From: an uncultured Acidimicrobiia bacterium
GTDB taxonomy: Bacteria > Actinomycetota > Acidimicrobiia > IMCC26256 > JAENVU01
Length of the DNA stretch: 64,000 bases
Direction: 5' to 3'
Assembly: GCA_963819945.1 (NCBI GenBank)
Contig: CAWFYD010000001.1
Span: 67,755-131,754, forward strand
The notes under the pieces: model-generated
Told to the model about the DNA's origin: nothing
What the model saw: the letters and a program-made list of their open reading frames with translations, nothing else
The model's database searches: none
Program-made: the position numbers and the translations under genes
Part shown: positions 41,651 to 52,590 of the stretch, one piece after another
How the letters are laid out: each line of letters starts with the position of its first letter
Numbering within the stretch: position 1 is the stretch's first letter

Positions 41651-42265
41651 CTAGGTCAGGAACTCGTCCGCGAGGTCGAAGCGGCGCTTCGTCCACTCCT
41701 CGGACGTGATCGCGTACCGCACGTGGTCTTCGTACACGCCGCGGATCTGCAGCAGGCGTTCGGCCACACCTTCGTCCCGCAGCCCGAGCTTGTCGGCGAC
41801 GCGACGGCTCGGAGCGTTGCGAGGAACGATCGCCGCTTCGATGCGGTGCAGCCGGAGCTCTTCGAACGCGAAGCGCAGCATGAGCACGACCCCTTCGGGG
41901 ACGTACCCGTTCCCGGCGGCGGCTTCGTCGATCCAGTAGCCGACGAACGCGGACTGGAACGGCCCGCGCTGCACGTTGCCGAGGCTCACTTCGCCCGCGA
42001 ACTGGCTCCCGCTGCGGACGAACAATCCAAAGCCGTACGCGGCATCGAACTGGCGCTGGCGGTCCCACGCGCCGCATCGGGCGCGGAACGCGTCCGGGTC
42101 GACCGCCGGGTCCGGGCTGCCCGGCTCCGGCAGCGGCTCCCAGACCTCGAGCCACGCGCGGCTGCGCACGCGCACCGCGTGCCATGCGTCGAAGTCGTTG
42201 CTGCGCAACGGGCGCAGGGTCACGCGCGGCCCCTCGAGGCACGGGACGTCTCGATGCCCTCTCAT
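41651..42265 (-). CDS. GNAT-family N-acetyltransferase (RimJ/RimL-like)
   Basis: Read from ATG 42265 within ORF 41651..42541: LRPLRSNDFDAWHAVR...GYWIDEAAAGNGYVPEGVVLMLRFAFEELRLHRIEAAIVPRN.PSRRVADKLGL. Confidence 0.85.
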   Translation of the reverse strand: MRGHRDVPCLEGPRVTLRPLRSNDFDAWHAVRVRSRAWLEVWEPLPEPGSPDPAVDPDAFRARCGAWDRQRQFDAAYGFGLFVRSGSQFAGEVSLGNVQRGPFQSAFVGYWIDEAAAGNGYVPEGVVLMLRFAFEELRLHRIEAAIVPRNAPSRRVADKLGLRDEGVAERLLQIRGVYEDHVRYAITSEEWTKRRFDLADEFLT

Positions 42266-42275
42266 CGCCGCATCT

Positions 42276-44220
42276 TCACCGGGCGTGCGCAATCGCGTCC
42301 AGCGCGGCCGGATCTTCGAGCCCCGAGAGGTCACCCGGATCCTGGCCGAGCGCGACCGCGCGGATGGAACGGCGCATGATCTTGTTGCTCCGGGTCTTGG
42401 GCAGCGCCGCGGTGAACTGCACCGTCTTCGGCCGGAACGACGCGCCCAGCCGATCCGCCACGTGGGCCCGGAGCGCGTCGCGCAGCTCCTCGGTGGGCTC
42501 GGTCCCCGCGGCGAGGACGACGTAGCACGCGAGTGATTCACCCTTGAGCTCGTCGGGGAGGCCGACCGCGGCGGACTCCACGACGGCGGCGTGCTCCACG
42601 AGGACGGACTCGACCTCCGCCGGTCCGAGCCGCTTGCCCGCGAGCTTGATGGTGTCGTCCGATCGGCCGTGCAGGAACCACTGACCCGCGTCGTCGATCG
42701 ACGCCCAGTCGCCGTGCCACCAGATCCCGGGCCAGCGCGACCAGTACGTCTCGATGTAGCGGTCCGGGTCCTTCCAGACCCCGCGGGTCATCGCGGGCCA
42801 AGGCGCGCGACAGATCAGCTCGCCGACGACGCCGCGGACCGGATTGCCGTCGTCGTCCACCACGTCCATGTCGCAGCCGAGCGCGGGACCACCGAGCGAA
42901 CAGGGTGAGATCTCCTCGACGACGTGCGGCGCGAGGAAGCAACCCACCTCGGTGCCGCCGCTCACGTTGATCACCGAGCAGCGACTGCCGCCGACCAGCT
43001 CGAAGTACCAGCGCCACGGACCTTCGTTCCACGGCTCCCCGGTGGAGGCAAGCACGCGCAGCGAAGACAGGTCGTGCGCGGTGACGTGCTCGTCACCCTT
43101 CGCCATGAGCGCGCGCACCAGCGTCGGTGAGACCCCGAGGATCGTGATGCCGTGCCGCTCGACCATCGACCAGAGGCGGTCGGGCCCGGGGAAGTCGGGC
43201 GCACCGTCGAAGCAGAACATCGTGGCGCCCCATGCCAGCGTCCCGATGATCTGCCAGGGCCCCATGATCCAGCCGAGGTCGGTGAGCCAGAACAGGACGT
43301 CATCGGGGTGGCAGTCCGCCTGGAACCCGACCTCTTCGGCGATCTTGGCCAGGAAGCCGCCATGGACGTGCACCGCGCCCTTCGGCCGGCCGGTCGTGCC
43401 ACTCGTGTAGGCGACGAAGAACGGGTGCTCCGAGTCCACCGGTCGCGTCTCGAACGGCTCATCCGGGGCCGAGCGCGACGAGCTCGGCGAGCGTGAGGTC
43501 GCGGCCGGCGGTCATGGGCACGTCGTCGCGTCCGATGCGCGGGACGACGACGACCGTCTCGACCGACGGAACCGGTCGCGACCGCCGCGTCGGCGGTCTC
43601 CTTCATCGGCAACGGCTTGCCGCGCCGGATGGTGGCGTCGGCCGTGATGAGTGCCTTCGCGCCACCGTCCTCGAGCCGGATCGCGACTGCCTCGGCGCCG
43701 TAGCCGGAGAAGATCGGGAGGAAGATCGCACCGAGCTTCGCCACCGCCATGACCGCAGCAACGGTCTCCGGGATCATCGGGAGGAAGATGCCGACCGCGT
43801 CACCCTCACCGACGCCCCGCGCCGCGAGGCCGTGCGCGATCTGATCGGTCAGCGTGCGGAGCTCGCCGTACGTCAGCGTGCGGGTGGTGCCCTCTTCGCC
43901 CTCCCAGACGACGGCGGGTTTGTCGCGCCAGTCGTCACGGTCGGCCCACTTGTCGACGCAGTCGTCCGCGACGTTCAGCTTTCCGTTCGTGAACCACGTC
44001 GCCCACTCGATGCCCGGCCGACGTGTCGAGCACCTGGCGTGTACGGAGTGCTCCACTCGATGCCGGCGAAGCGCACGAACGCGTCCCAGAACCACTCGGG
44101 GTCGGCGATCGAGCGGGCCCGGAGATCCCCGAAGTCGTCGAAGCCGTGCTCGGCCATGAAACGCCCGACGTTGCTCGCCGCCGCCGACTCCGGCGTGGGT
44201 CGCCACACGATCTCCGCCAC
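42276..44220 (-). CDS. acetyl-CoA synthetase-like AMP-forming acyl-CoA ligase; frameshifted
   Basis: The N-terminus is in ORFs 43975..44220 and 42971..44206 (WFTNGKLNVADDCVDKW). The AMP-binding motif YTSGTTGRPKG and the C-terminal half are in ORF 42276..43439 (GDWASIDDAGQWFLHGRSDDTIKLAGKRLGPAEVES...LPKTRSNKIMRR). Confidence 0.9.
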
Positions 44221-44243
44221 GAACCGCAGGTTAGGGTGCCGGG

Positions 44244-44879
44244 ATGGCCCGCCCCGAGATGTCCGACCGCCTGGTGTGGATCGACCTCGAGATGACCGGG
44301 CTCGACACGGTGAAGCACACGATCGTCGAGATCGCGGTGCTCGTCACCGACTCCCAGCTCGAGCTGGTCGACGAGGGCATCGACATCATCGTCCACGCGT
44401 CGCCCGAGGAGCTCGCGCGGATGGACGACTTCGTGCGCACCATGCACACGAAGTCCGGCCTGCTCCCCGCGATCGAGGCGTCGACGGTGTCGTTGCCCGA
44501 AGCGGGCGCGCAGGTCCTCGCGTACCTCGCGACCCAGCTGCCCGGCCCGGGCACGACCCCGTTGTGCGGCAACTCGATCGGCGTCGACCGCCGTTTTCTG
44601 GACCGCTACCTCCCCGAGGTCGACCAGTACCTGCACTACCGCAGCGTGGACGTGAGCTCGTTCAAGGAGCTGTGCCGGCGCTGGTACCCCTCGGCCTACA
44701 AGAAGCGGCCGGACAAGCAGGAGACCCACCGCGCGCTCGATGACATCCGGGAGTCGATCGAGGAGATGCGCTTCTACCGCAGCGCCATGCTCCTGCCGCC
44801 CGAGGAGCCCGTCACCGCGGACGGGGCCGGCAAGGCCGCGGCGGCGCCCGAGGGCGGGAAAGGCCCCGAAACCAGCTAG
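44244..44879 (+). CDS. orn: oligoribonuclease
   Basis: Intact frame with the DEDDh motifs LVWIDLEMTGLD, GNSIGVDRRFL and HRALDDIRESIEE. Confidence 0.9.
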   Translation: MARPEMSDRLVWIDLEMTGLDTVKHTIVEIAVLVTDSQLELVDEGIDIIVHASPEELARMDDFVRTMHTKSGLLPAIEASTVSLPEAGAQVLAYLATQLPGPGTTPLCGNSIGVDRRFLDRYLPEVDQYLHYRSVDVSSFKELCRRWYPSAYKKRPDKQETHRALDDIRESIEEMRFYRSAMLLPPEEPVTADGAGKAAAAPEGGKGPETS

Positions 44880-44948
44880 AATCTACGGCTCGCGCTGCAC
44901 CCCAGCGGCGCTGGGTCGATTCGACCCCCGGTTTCGAGAGAAGGCTTC

Positions 44949-46793
44949 ATGTCCACGCGCGCGCAGCGAGATGACCTGCGGAATGTGGCGATCGTCGCCC
45001 ACGTCGACCACGGCAAGACGACCCTGGTCGACGCCATGCTCTGGCAGACCGGCGCATTTCGGGAGAATCAGGACGTCAACGATCGCGTCCTGGACTCGAA
45101 CGACCTCGAGCGCGAGAAGGGCATCACGATCCTCGCGAAGAACATCGCGGTGCGCTACGGCGACGTGAAGATCAACATCGTCGACACGCCCGGCCACGCG
45201 GACTTCGGCGGCGAGGTCGAGCGCGGCCTCACGATGGTGGACGGCGTGCTCCTGCTCGTCGACGCGAGCGAGGGCCCGCTCCCCCAGACCCGCTTCGTGT
45301 TGCGCAAGGCGCTCGCAGGCGCGCCTGCCGGTGATCCTCGTGGTGAACAAGGTGGACCGGCCCGACGCGCGCATCGAGGAGGTCGTCAACGAGGTCTACG
45401 AGCTCTTCCTCGACCTGGACGCGGACGAGGAGCAGATCGACTTCCCGATCATCTACGCGAACGCACGCGCCGGCTGGGCGTCGCTCGACCCGGAGGCGGA
45501 AGGCAGCGACCTGAAGCCGCTGTTCGAGCTGCTGCTCGAGCACATCCCCGCGCCGACGTTCGAAGAGGGTCACCCGTTGCAGGCGCTCGTCACGAACCTC
45601 GACGCGTCGCCGTACCTCGGGCGCCTCGCACTGTGCCGCATCAAGCACGGCGAGCTGAAGAAGGGCCAGACCGTCGCGTGGTGCAAGCTCGACGGCTCGA
45701 TCGAGAACGTGCGCATCACCGAGCTCTACGTGGCCGAGGCGCTCGACCGGGTCGACGCGGAAGTGGCCGGCGCGGGCGAGATCTGCGCCATCGCCGGTCT
45801 CGCCGAGGTCACGATCGGCGAGACGCTCGCCGACGCAGACAACCCGGTGGCGCTCCCCGCGATCACCGTCGACGAGCCGAGCCTCTCCATGACGATCGGC
45901 ATCAACACCTCGCCGCTCGCGGGCAAGGAAGGCACCAAGCTCACGGCCCGTCTGGTCAAGCAGCGCCTCGACTCCGAGCTGGTCGGCAACGTGTCGATCC
46001 GGGTGCTGCCGACCGAGCGTCCGGATGCCTGGGAGGTCCAGGGTCGCGGTGAGCTGCAGCTCGCGGTGCTCGTCGAGACGATGCGGCGCGAGGGCTTCGA
46101 GCTCACGGTGGGCAAGCCGCAGGTCGTCACGCGCGAGATCGACGGGAAGCTGCACGAGCCGGTCGAGCGCGTCGCGATCGACGTCCCCGAGGACTACCTC
46201 GGTGTGGTCACCCAGCTCGTCGCGCTGCGCAAGGGCCGGCTCGAGCAGATGGTGAACCACGGCACCGGTTGGGTGCGGATGGACTACGTCGTCCCGGCCC
46301 GCGGCCTCATCGGCTTCCGCACCGAGTTCCTCACCGAGACGCGCGGCACCGGCATCCTGCACCACGTCTTCCAGGGTTACGAGAAGTGGTTCGGCGAGCT
46401 CCGGTCCCGCCCGAACGGCAGCCTCGTGTCGGACCGTCGTGGTGTGAGCACCGGCTACGCGCTGTTCAACCTGCAGGAGCGCGGCGGGATGCTGATCGGG
46501 CCGGTGGTCGAGGTGTACGAGGGCATGATCGTCGGAGAGAACTCCCGCAGCGAAGAGATGGACATCAACGTCACGCGCGAGAAGAAGCTGACCAACACCC
46601 GGTCGGCGAGCGCGGACGACATGATCCGCCTCACGCCCGCCGCGGCCGATGTCGCTCGAGCAGGCGCTGGAGTTCATCGCCGACGACGAGTGCGTCGAGG
46701 TCACGCCCGAGACGCGTGCGGCTGCGCAAGGTCATCCTCGACCAGAACGCGCGCGGCCGGCTCCGGAACTCCAAGAAGCCCCCCAAGACCTGA
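44949..46793 (+). CDS. typA: translational GTPase TypA/BipA; frameshifted near 45320 and twice near 46640-46720
   Basis: G1 AHVDHGKTT and G3 [12 protein letters not shown] are in ORF 44949..46052. G4 NKVDR and domains II-V are in ORF 45331..47145. The tail [19 protein letters not shown] / [14 protein letters not shown] is in ORFs 46649..46852 and 46269..46793. Confidence 0.95.
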
Positions 46794-46844
46794 CCCGTTC
46801 CGTCGGCCGGTCCACTCGGATCGGAACGGCGCGAGAATGCGCCC

Positions 46845-47243
46845 ATGGGTGAAGCCTTCGACCTGGAATCCACGGTCGTGCATCTCGGTCGCGGCTCGAC
46901 CGCGACGCCGGTGGGTGGGGCCGACTGGTCGCTCGAGTGGCTCGAGCGGTACCAGAACGACTTCGCCGGCGACGGTGACGACGGCCGCATGGTGTGCGTG
47001 TTCCCCCAGGGTGAGACGTGGACGAGCTGGGAGCGTCACCCGGCCGGTGAAGAGGTCGTCGTGCTGCTCAGCGGGCGCGTCGACATCATCCAGGAGATCG
47101 ACGGCGAGCACCGCACCGTCGAGCTGCGCGCGGGCCAGGCGATGATCAACCCCCGCGGCGTCTGGCACACCGCCGACGTCCACGAACCCGGCGAGGGGCT
47201 CTTCATCACGCCCGGACTCGGCACCGAGCACCGCCCCCGCTGA
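46845..47243 (+). CDS. cupin-domain protein
   Basis: Intact 132-aa ORF (SWERHPAGEEVVVLLSGRVDI...GVWHTADV). Confidence 0.7.
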   Translation: MGEAFDLESTVVHLGRGSTATPVGGADWSLEWLERYQNDFAGDGDDGRMVCVFPQGETWTSWERHPAGEEVVVLLSGRVDIIQEIDGEHRTVELRAGQAMINPRGVWHTADVHEPGEGLFITPGLGTEHRPR

Positions 47244-47268
47244 CCCGCCGCGCCACCGACTTCTGACC

Positions 47269-47316
47269 TTTCGGCGTGGATTCGCGTTGTCATCGGCACG
47301 CGAACTCACGCCGAAA
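47269..47316 (+). repeat. 48-bp hairpin (REP-like / terminator-like) element, copy 2
   Basis: The sequence is TTTCGGCGTGGATTCGCGTTGTCATCGGCACGCGAACTCACGCCGAAA, about 40 of 48 positions identical to 8867..8914. It lies 26 nt after the cupin gene stop. Confidence 0.75.
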
Positions 47317-47375
47317 CGAGGTTGGCTGGGTGGCACGTTCGCGGTTGATCGGCCGCAGGTACTCTCCTGGCTGCG

Positions 47376-48019
47376 ATGGGTGACCTTCCGTTCGACGCGC
47401 AGGAGCGGCTCGCCCTGTGCGATCTCTTCGAGGAGCTCGGGCGCTGACGTCCCGACGATGCTCGACGGCTGGACCGCGCACGACCTCGCCGCGCACATCG
47501 TGCTCCGTGAACGTGATCTCATCGCAGCCCCGTGCATCGTGCTTCCCGGGCCGTTTCAACGATTCGCCGAGCGACGCCGGGTGAGGCTGGCGGCGAAGAG
47601 AGAGTTCGGGTGGCTCGTCGCGCGGATCCGATCGGGCCCACCGCCCGGGTTCTTCCGCATCGGCTGGGTCCGCTCCTTCCCGAACCTGAACGAGTTCTTC
47701 GTCCACCACGAAGACGTGCGCAGGGCGAACGGTCTCGGCCCCCGCACGCCTCGCGCCCGCGCTGGACGCTGCGTTGTGGCGCAACGTCCGCCGAGGAGGT
47801 CGCTTCCTGAGTCGCCGGCTACGCGGGGCCGGGCTGGAGATGGCGTGGGTCGGAACCGATCAGCGGGTCACGGTTCGCAAGGGGCAACCGATTGTTCGCG
47901 TCAGCGGTTCGCCCGGCGAGCTGCTCCTCTACGCCTTCGGGCGCTCGGCGGCGCAGGTCGAGGTGACGGGACCAACGGAAGCCGTCGCCACGGTTCACCG
48001 CACCCACTTCGGGATGTGA
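47376..48019 (+). CDS. DinB-like / maleylpyruvate-isomerase N-terminal-domain family protein (TIGR03085-type); frameshifted
   Basis: MGDLPFDAQERLALCDLFEELG starts at ATG 47376. LDGWTAHDLAAHIVLRERD...FFVHHEDVRRANG is in ORF 47287..48045. The C-terminus is in ORF 47774..48019. Confidence 0.7.
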
Positions 48020-48034
48020 GCGTCGCTTGGTCGA

Positions 48035-48344
48035 CTACGGAGTGACCTCGTCGACGACGATCAGGTCGGTGAACTCGGGCGGGCCGTCGAACATCTCCAT
48101 CATCGTTGCCCGCACCGCAGTCAGCCCCTCGGCGCGTCGCGGATCGTTCTCTCGCGCGGGCGGCTTCCTCACTCTCGAAGACCACCATCATGAGGACGCG
48201 GCTCGGATCCTTCTGATCCTGCATCGCGGTCGAGCGCACGAGGCCGGACCCGGACTGCTCGATCGCGCGGAGCTGCGCGACCAGGCCGGGCAACGCGTCC
48301 TCATAGCCGGGCTTGAGCCGTGTCGTGATGAGCTGTGCCCACAT
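48035..48344 (-). CDS. antibiotic-biosynthesis-monooxygenase (ABM)-like small protein; one frameshift near 48140
   Basis: MWAQLITTRLKPGYEDALPGLVAQLRAIEQ...VLMMVVFESEEAARARE is in ORF 47901..48473. The tail ...MFDGPPEFTDLIVVDEVTP reads in another frame to TAG 48035..48037. Confidence 0.6.
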
Positions 48345-48433
48345 AGATGCCTCCGTTTCGAGCTGTCTCTGCCTCTCGCAGTCAAGCACCCTTCGCACCG
48401 ATGAGTCATGGGCCCGCGTAGGGTCCAACCACC

Positions 48434-48964
48434 ATGGACGCAAAGAATCTCGGTGACCGGTACCAAACACCACTCCTCGACTGGGAGCGCATCAGAGCCC
48501 GGCTCGACCGGGGCCTGACCCAGGCCCCGGGCACCGGGGGTCCGAACCGCCACACCTGCTGGCTGGCGACGATCAACCCGGACGGCGGCCCGCACGTGAC
48601 GGGCATCGGCGCGCTCTGGGTCGACGAGACGTTCTGGTTCGAGACCGGCGAGGCGACCCGCAAGGGGAAGAACCTCGCGCGTGATCCCCGCTGCTCCCTG
48701 AGCGTCGCGACCCAGGAGTTCGACCTGATCGTCGACGGTGAAGCCGAGCTTGTGCAGGACCCGCCGACCGTCGCGGCGATGGCGGCACGCTGGGCGGCAG
48801 AGGGCTGGCCGGCGCGCGTCGACGACACCGGCACCGCAATCACGGCCGAGTACAGCGCCCCGTCGGCCGGTCCGCCGCCGTGGTCCGTCTACCGGCTGGT
48901 ACCTCGCGGCGCGACCGCGCTCCTCACGATCGAGCCCGGCGGCGCGACTCGCTGGAGCTTCTAG
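48434..48964 (+). CDS. pyridoxamine 5-phosphate oxidase family protein
   Basis: Intact 176-aa ORF (HTCWLATINPDGGPHVTGIGALWVDETFWFETGEATRKGKNLARDPRCSL). Confidence 0.8.
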   Translation: MDAKNLGDRYQTPLLDWERIRARLDRGLTQAPGTGGPNRHTCWLATINPDGGPHVTGIGALWVDETFWFETGEATRKGKNLARDPRCSLSVATQEFDLIVDGEAELVQDPPTVAAMAARWAAEGWPARVDDTGTAITAEYSAPSAGPPPWSVYRLVPRGATALLTIEPGGATRWSF

Positions 48965-48972
48965 CATCGCGA

Positions 48973-48998
48973 CCCGCATCCCCAGGTACGGGTGCGGG
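48973..48998 (+). terminator. stem-loop CCCGCATCC-N8-GGGTGCGGG directly after the PPOX gene
   Basis: A 9-bp stem (one G-U pair) begins 9 nt after the stop. There is no U-tract. Confidence 0.3.
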
Positions 48999-49210
48999 AA
49001 TGACCGGAGAGGATCTCGATGACGCGCTCCGACTGAGCCCGGTATCCGACGGGCTCTCGTGGGGTGTTCCATCCACCCGGGACCTTCGGGGAACGGACGG
49101 TGGGCCGGACGATCGAGGGCTTCCCGCCTCGCCCCGGCAACACCCGCTCGGTGTCCTCTGGAGCCGGGCGGGGCGTTGCTCGCCACCTCGGAGCAGATGG
49201 CCTGGTACCG

Positions 49211-49567
49211 CTAGCTCCGGCGGCGCCGGATGTTGCGCACCTGGAGTGCGACAGCGAGGCCGATGAGTGGAACGTGGATCACCGGCAGGTTCTTGGCGAA
49301 CCAACGCGGGAGGAAGATGTCGGTGACGGCTCCGTCGTCGGAGCCGAGCGACTCGGCCATCGTCGTGAGCGGGCAGCGGAAGCCGTTCCCTGCGAACACC
49401 GCTGACTCGCCGACCACGATCGCGCCGGCAATCGCGACGCGACGATCGCTGCGACCCCGTAGCCCGGCCGCCACGATGTAGAGCATCGACGCCTCGACCA
49501 GGAACCACACGACCGTGTGGATCGCCTTCACCGTGAAGAGGCGCCGCTGCTTCGTCATGCTCTGCAT
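49211..49567 (-). CDS. hypothetical small membrane protein
   Basis: Read from ATG 49567 within ORF 49211..49795: three to four predicted TM helices (AIHTVVWFLVEASMLYIVAAGL, VAIAGAIVVGESAVFAG, VIHVPLIGLAVAL). Confidence 0.55.
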   Translation of the reverse strand: MQSMTKQRRLFTVKAIHTVVWFLVEASMLYIVAAGLRGRSDRRVAIAGAIVVGESAVFAGNGFRCPLTTMAESLGSDDGAVTDIFLPRWFAKNLPVIHVPLIGLAVALQVRNIRRRRS

Positions 49568-49664
49568 CTTCGCATCCACGGCCACTGTTCCATCCGCCCG
49601 CCGGCGGCTGGACCGGGCCCACGTCCTAGGCTCGCCCGGACACCGGCGCGCGGAGGGCAGCACA

Positions 49665-50810
49665 TTGCAGGAGATCCAGGACGCGGTCGCGGCACTGGTA
49701 CCGGAGATCGGACGCCGGGGGGACGAGATCGCGGAGCTCCGCCGCCTGCCGCCGGACCTCGTGAGCTCGTTGAGGGAAGCGGGTGCCTTCCGCATCGCGC
49801 TGCCGAAGGCGCGCGGCGGGCCGGAGATGACCCCACGCGAGCAGACCCAGCTGGTCGAGGTGCTCTCGCGGGCGGACGCGTCAGTGGGCTGGTGCGTGAT
49901 GATCGGCTCGGACGCGCCGTACTACGGGTCTTTCATGGACACCGATGTGGCCGACAAGCTCTTCGCCGACCCTGATGCGATCACCGCCGGACTGGTCCAG
50001 CCCGCGGGCCAGGCCCACGTGGATGGTGACGGCTACCGCGTCAGCGGTCGCTGGGCCTTCGGCAGTGGTTGCACCCACGCCGACGTGATCGTCGGCGGTT
50101 GCCTGGTCTTCGAGAGCAACGCGCCGCGCGCGCCGCCGGCGACCGTCCGTTCGACTGGCGGATCGTGGCCGCGCCGGCCGACTCGTTCGAGATCCTCGAC
50201 ACCTGGCATACGACGGGACTCGCGGGCAGCGGCAGCAACGACTACACCGCGACCGAGGTGTACGTGCCGGAGGAGCACACGTTCAGCTTCTTCGAGTCGA
50301 CCCGGCGCGACGAACCGCTCTATCGGTTCCCCGGCATGTTCGTGACCAACATGTCCGGCGTTCCGCTCGGGATCGCGCGGCACGCGATCGACTACGTCCG
50401 AGACCTTGCGGCAGAGAAGCTCGTTGTTCCCGAGCTCGTGATGATGAAGGACATGACCCGGGTGCAACTCGCGATCGCGGACGCCGAGACCCGGCTCGGT
50501 GCGGCGCGCGCCTACGTGTACGACGCGCTCGACCGGCTGTGGGAGGCGCTCATTGCCGGCCACGCGCTCGTCAACCGAGGTTCGAACCGCGATCATCTTG
50601 TCCCGAGCCCACGCGTTCCGGGCGGCCCGGGACGTCACCCAGCTGATGTGCGACACCGTGGGCGGGAGCTCGATCTATCGCACGAACCCGCTCGAGCGGC
50701 TGCTGCGCGACATCATCACGATCAACCAGCACGTCGTCGCTCAGGATCGGGTGCTCGAGATGGTCGGCGCATCGCTGCTGACCGGCTCCGAGCTGATGCC
50801 GGTGCTCTGA
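49665..50810 (+). CDS. acyl-CoA dehydrogenase-fold flavin-dependent oxidoreductase/monooxygenase; frameshifted
   Basis: Pieces lie in ORFs 49515..50345 (LPPDLVSSLREAGAFRIALPKARGGPEM...GYRVSGRWAFGSGC), 50069..51472 (ILDTWHTTGLAGSGSNDY) and 50499..50810 (GGSSIYRTNPLERLLRDIITINQH). The TTG start at 49665 is tentative. Confidence 0.8.
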
Positions 50811-52470
50811 TCTTCGCCTGGAGAGTCTTCGGTGCCCGGCTCGTCGGCGCCCGCGACGATCACCCGGTCCCGGCCGCTCGCCTTGGCCTCGAGCAGGGCA
50901 GCATCGGCGACTTCGAGCGTCTGGCTGAACGTCTGCTCCGGTCGCGACACGGCGATCCCGAAGCTGGCGGTGAAGCGCGGGCCCGACGCACTGACCTGGG
51001 CGAGCACGAGCCGCTCACGGATCCGGTCCACCACGATGAACGCGTCCTCGACCGAGCAGTCCGGAAGGACCACGACGAACTCCTCGCCGCCGTAGCGTGC
51101 CGTGAAGTCCTTCGGTCGGACCGCGTCGCGCAGCACGCGGGCGAAGAGGCGAAGCGCCTGATCGCCCGCGTCATGACCGTAGACGTCGTTGAGCTGCTTG
51201 AAGTGGTCGAGATCGCCGTATGCAGCCACATAAGAGCGGCCGTCGTCGGACAGGGCACGGATCTCGGACTCGAGGCTGCGCCGGTTCATCAGCCCGGTCA
51301 GCGGGTCGGTGTGGGCCTGGGTCTCGGATCGCGTGAAGGCCCGGAGCATGCCGATGCGCTCACCGGCCTTCCGGGCGACGAGCTCCACCTTTCCGACGAC
51401 CTGCTCTTCCGGGAGGATGCTCGTCCGGCCCCGTCGCATGCACGACGCCGATGGTCTTGCCGCCGATGCTGACCGGTACGCACACGGCGGCAGTCACCAC
51501 CCGGGCGACCCTGCAGATGCGGGCACGCGTCGAGCGCGGTGCTGCTCGTCCAGACTCTGGGTCTGCCCCCAGGTCGCCGCCGGGCAATCCGCCGGCGACA
51601 TGACGGGGCAGCCCGGTGCACTGGCCGCTTCTGAGCTCACGACCTGTCGGAAGTGTGCTCGGCTCGAATCGGCGATGAGCAGCTCGGCCGGCAGGCCGGG
51701 GGCACTGAGGGTGAGCGCCCGTCCCACAACCGGGTACACCGCCGCTTCTGCATGGGCCATTTCCAGTGAGCGTTGCAGGCGCGCTTCGAGCTCATTGCGC
51801 TCAGCATCCCGGACGAGCGTCCGGTCGAGCACTCTGAGCCGATCCTCGCGCGACCGGGCCGAACGCGCCGCGACCGCGAACGCGGCGAACAGGAGGAAGA
51901 GGGCCGCGGCGGACACCGCGACGATCACTTGCCGGGTGGCGTCCAGCTCGTCTGATGCATCCGCAAGCGCGATTTGGACCTTCGTCTCGTAGAGCTCCTT
52001 CACGTGGTTCAGATCTTGCTGCATTGCCTCTGACCGAATGAGCAGCTGCGCCAGCGCCGCCGGTGAAGGCGCCGGATCGCTCAGCAACGCTGAGCCCTCC
52101 TCCAGCGCGAGCTTGCGGTCCGCGGCGAACGTCCGCCGCACCGCGCCTTCGCCGGGAAGATGCGACGAGATGCGCAGGAATTTCGTCCAGGCCACCTCGG
52201 CGCTCGTATTTTTCGTGGCGGCCTCGCTGAGCGCGGCTCCTCGTTGCGCGGCGTCGACTCCTACCGCCGTCCGCAGCGAGTCGCCGGACACCGCGTAGGC
52301 TCTCGCGGGCGACGTCCAGCTGCTCGATCGCCGGCACCAAGCGGTCGTTGGACCGGTTCAGCGAGTTCACCGTCGGATCGAGCAGCCCGAGGACCGCCGC
52401 CGCCATCACGCCCACGGTGAGGACCGAGATCAGCGCACAGGAGCTGGACCTGGCGATGCGGCGAGATCAT
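50741..52470 (-). CDS. membrane-bound diguanylate cyclase: 4-helix-bundle sensor, TM, Cys-containing GAF-like domain, GGDEF; frameshifted
   Basis: The GGDEF domain is in ORF 50741..51439 (DPLTGLMNRR, YGDLDHFKQLND, ARYGGEEFVVVL). The sensor and TM are in ORFs 51494..52291 and 51801..52415. The GAF-like piece VCVPVSIGGKTIGVVHA is in ORF 51360..51587. The N-terminal TM starts at ATG 52470. Confidence 0.85.
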
Positions 52471-52590
52471 GCCGAGTCGGTGCACGAGGCGCGAGCCACG
52501 GATTGGAGCTTCGCTCGGCAGTGGTCACCTTCAGGTTGTCGACACGTTGACCAGGCTCCTGGAGGCCCGGTATCGGCGTGGTTCGGGCGT

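Noticed and set aside
44913-44927. The palindrome GGGTCGA-T-TCGACCC upstream of typA.
   Set aside because: It is short and GC-rich, so it is expected by chance in this composition, and it has no partner motif.
50575-50592. A T-loop-like GGTTCGAACC considered as a possible second tRNA.
   Set aside because: There are no flanking acceptor, D or anticodon stems, and it lies inside the acyl-CoA-dehydrogenase-fold gene.
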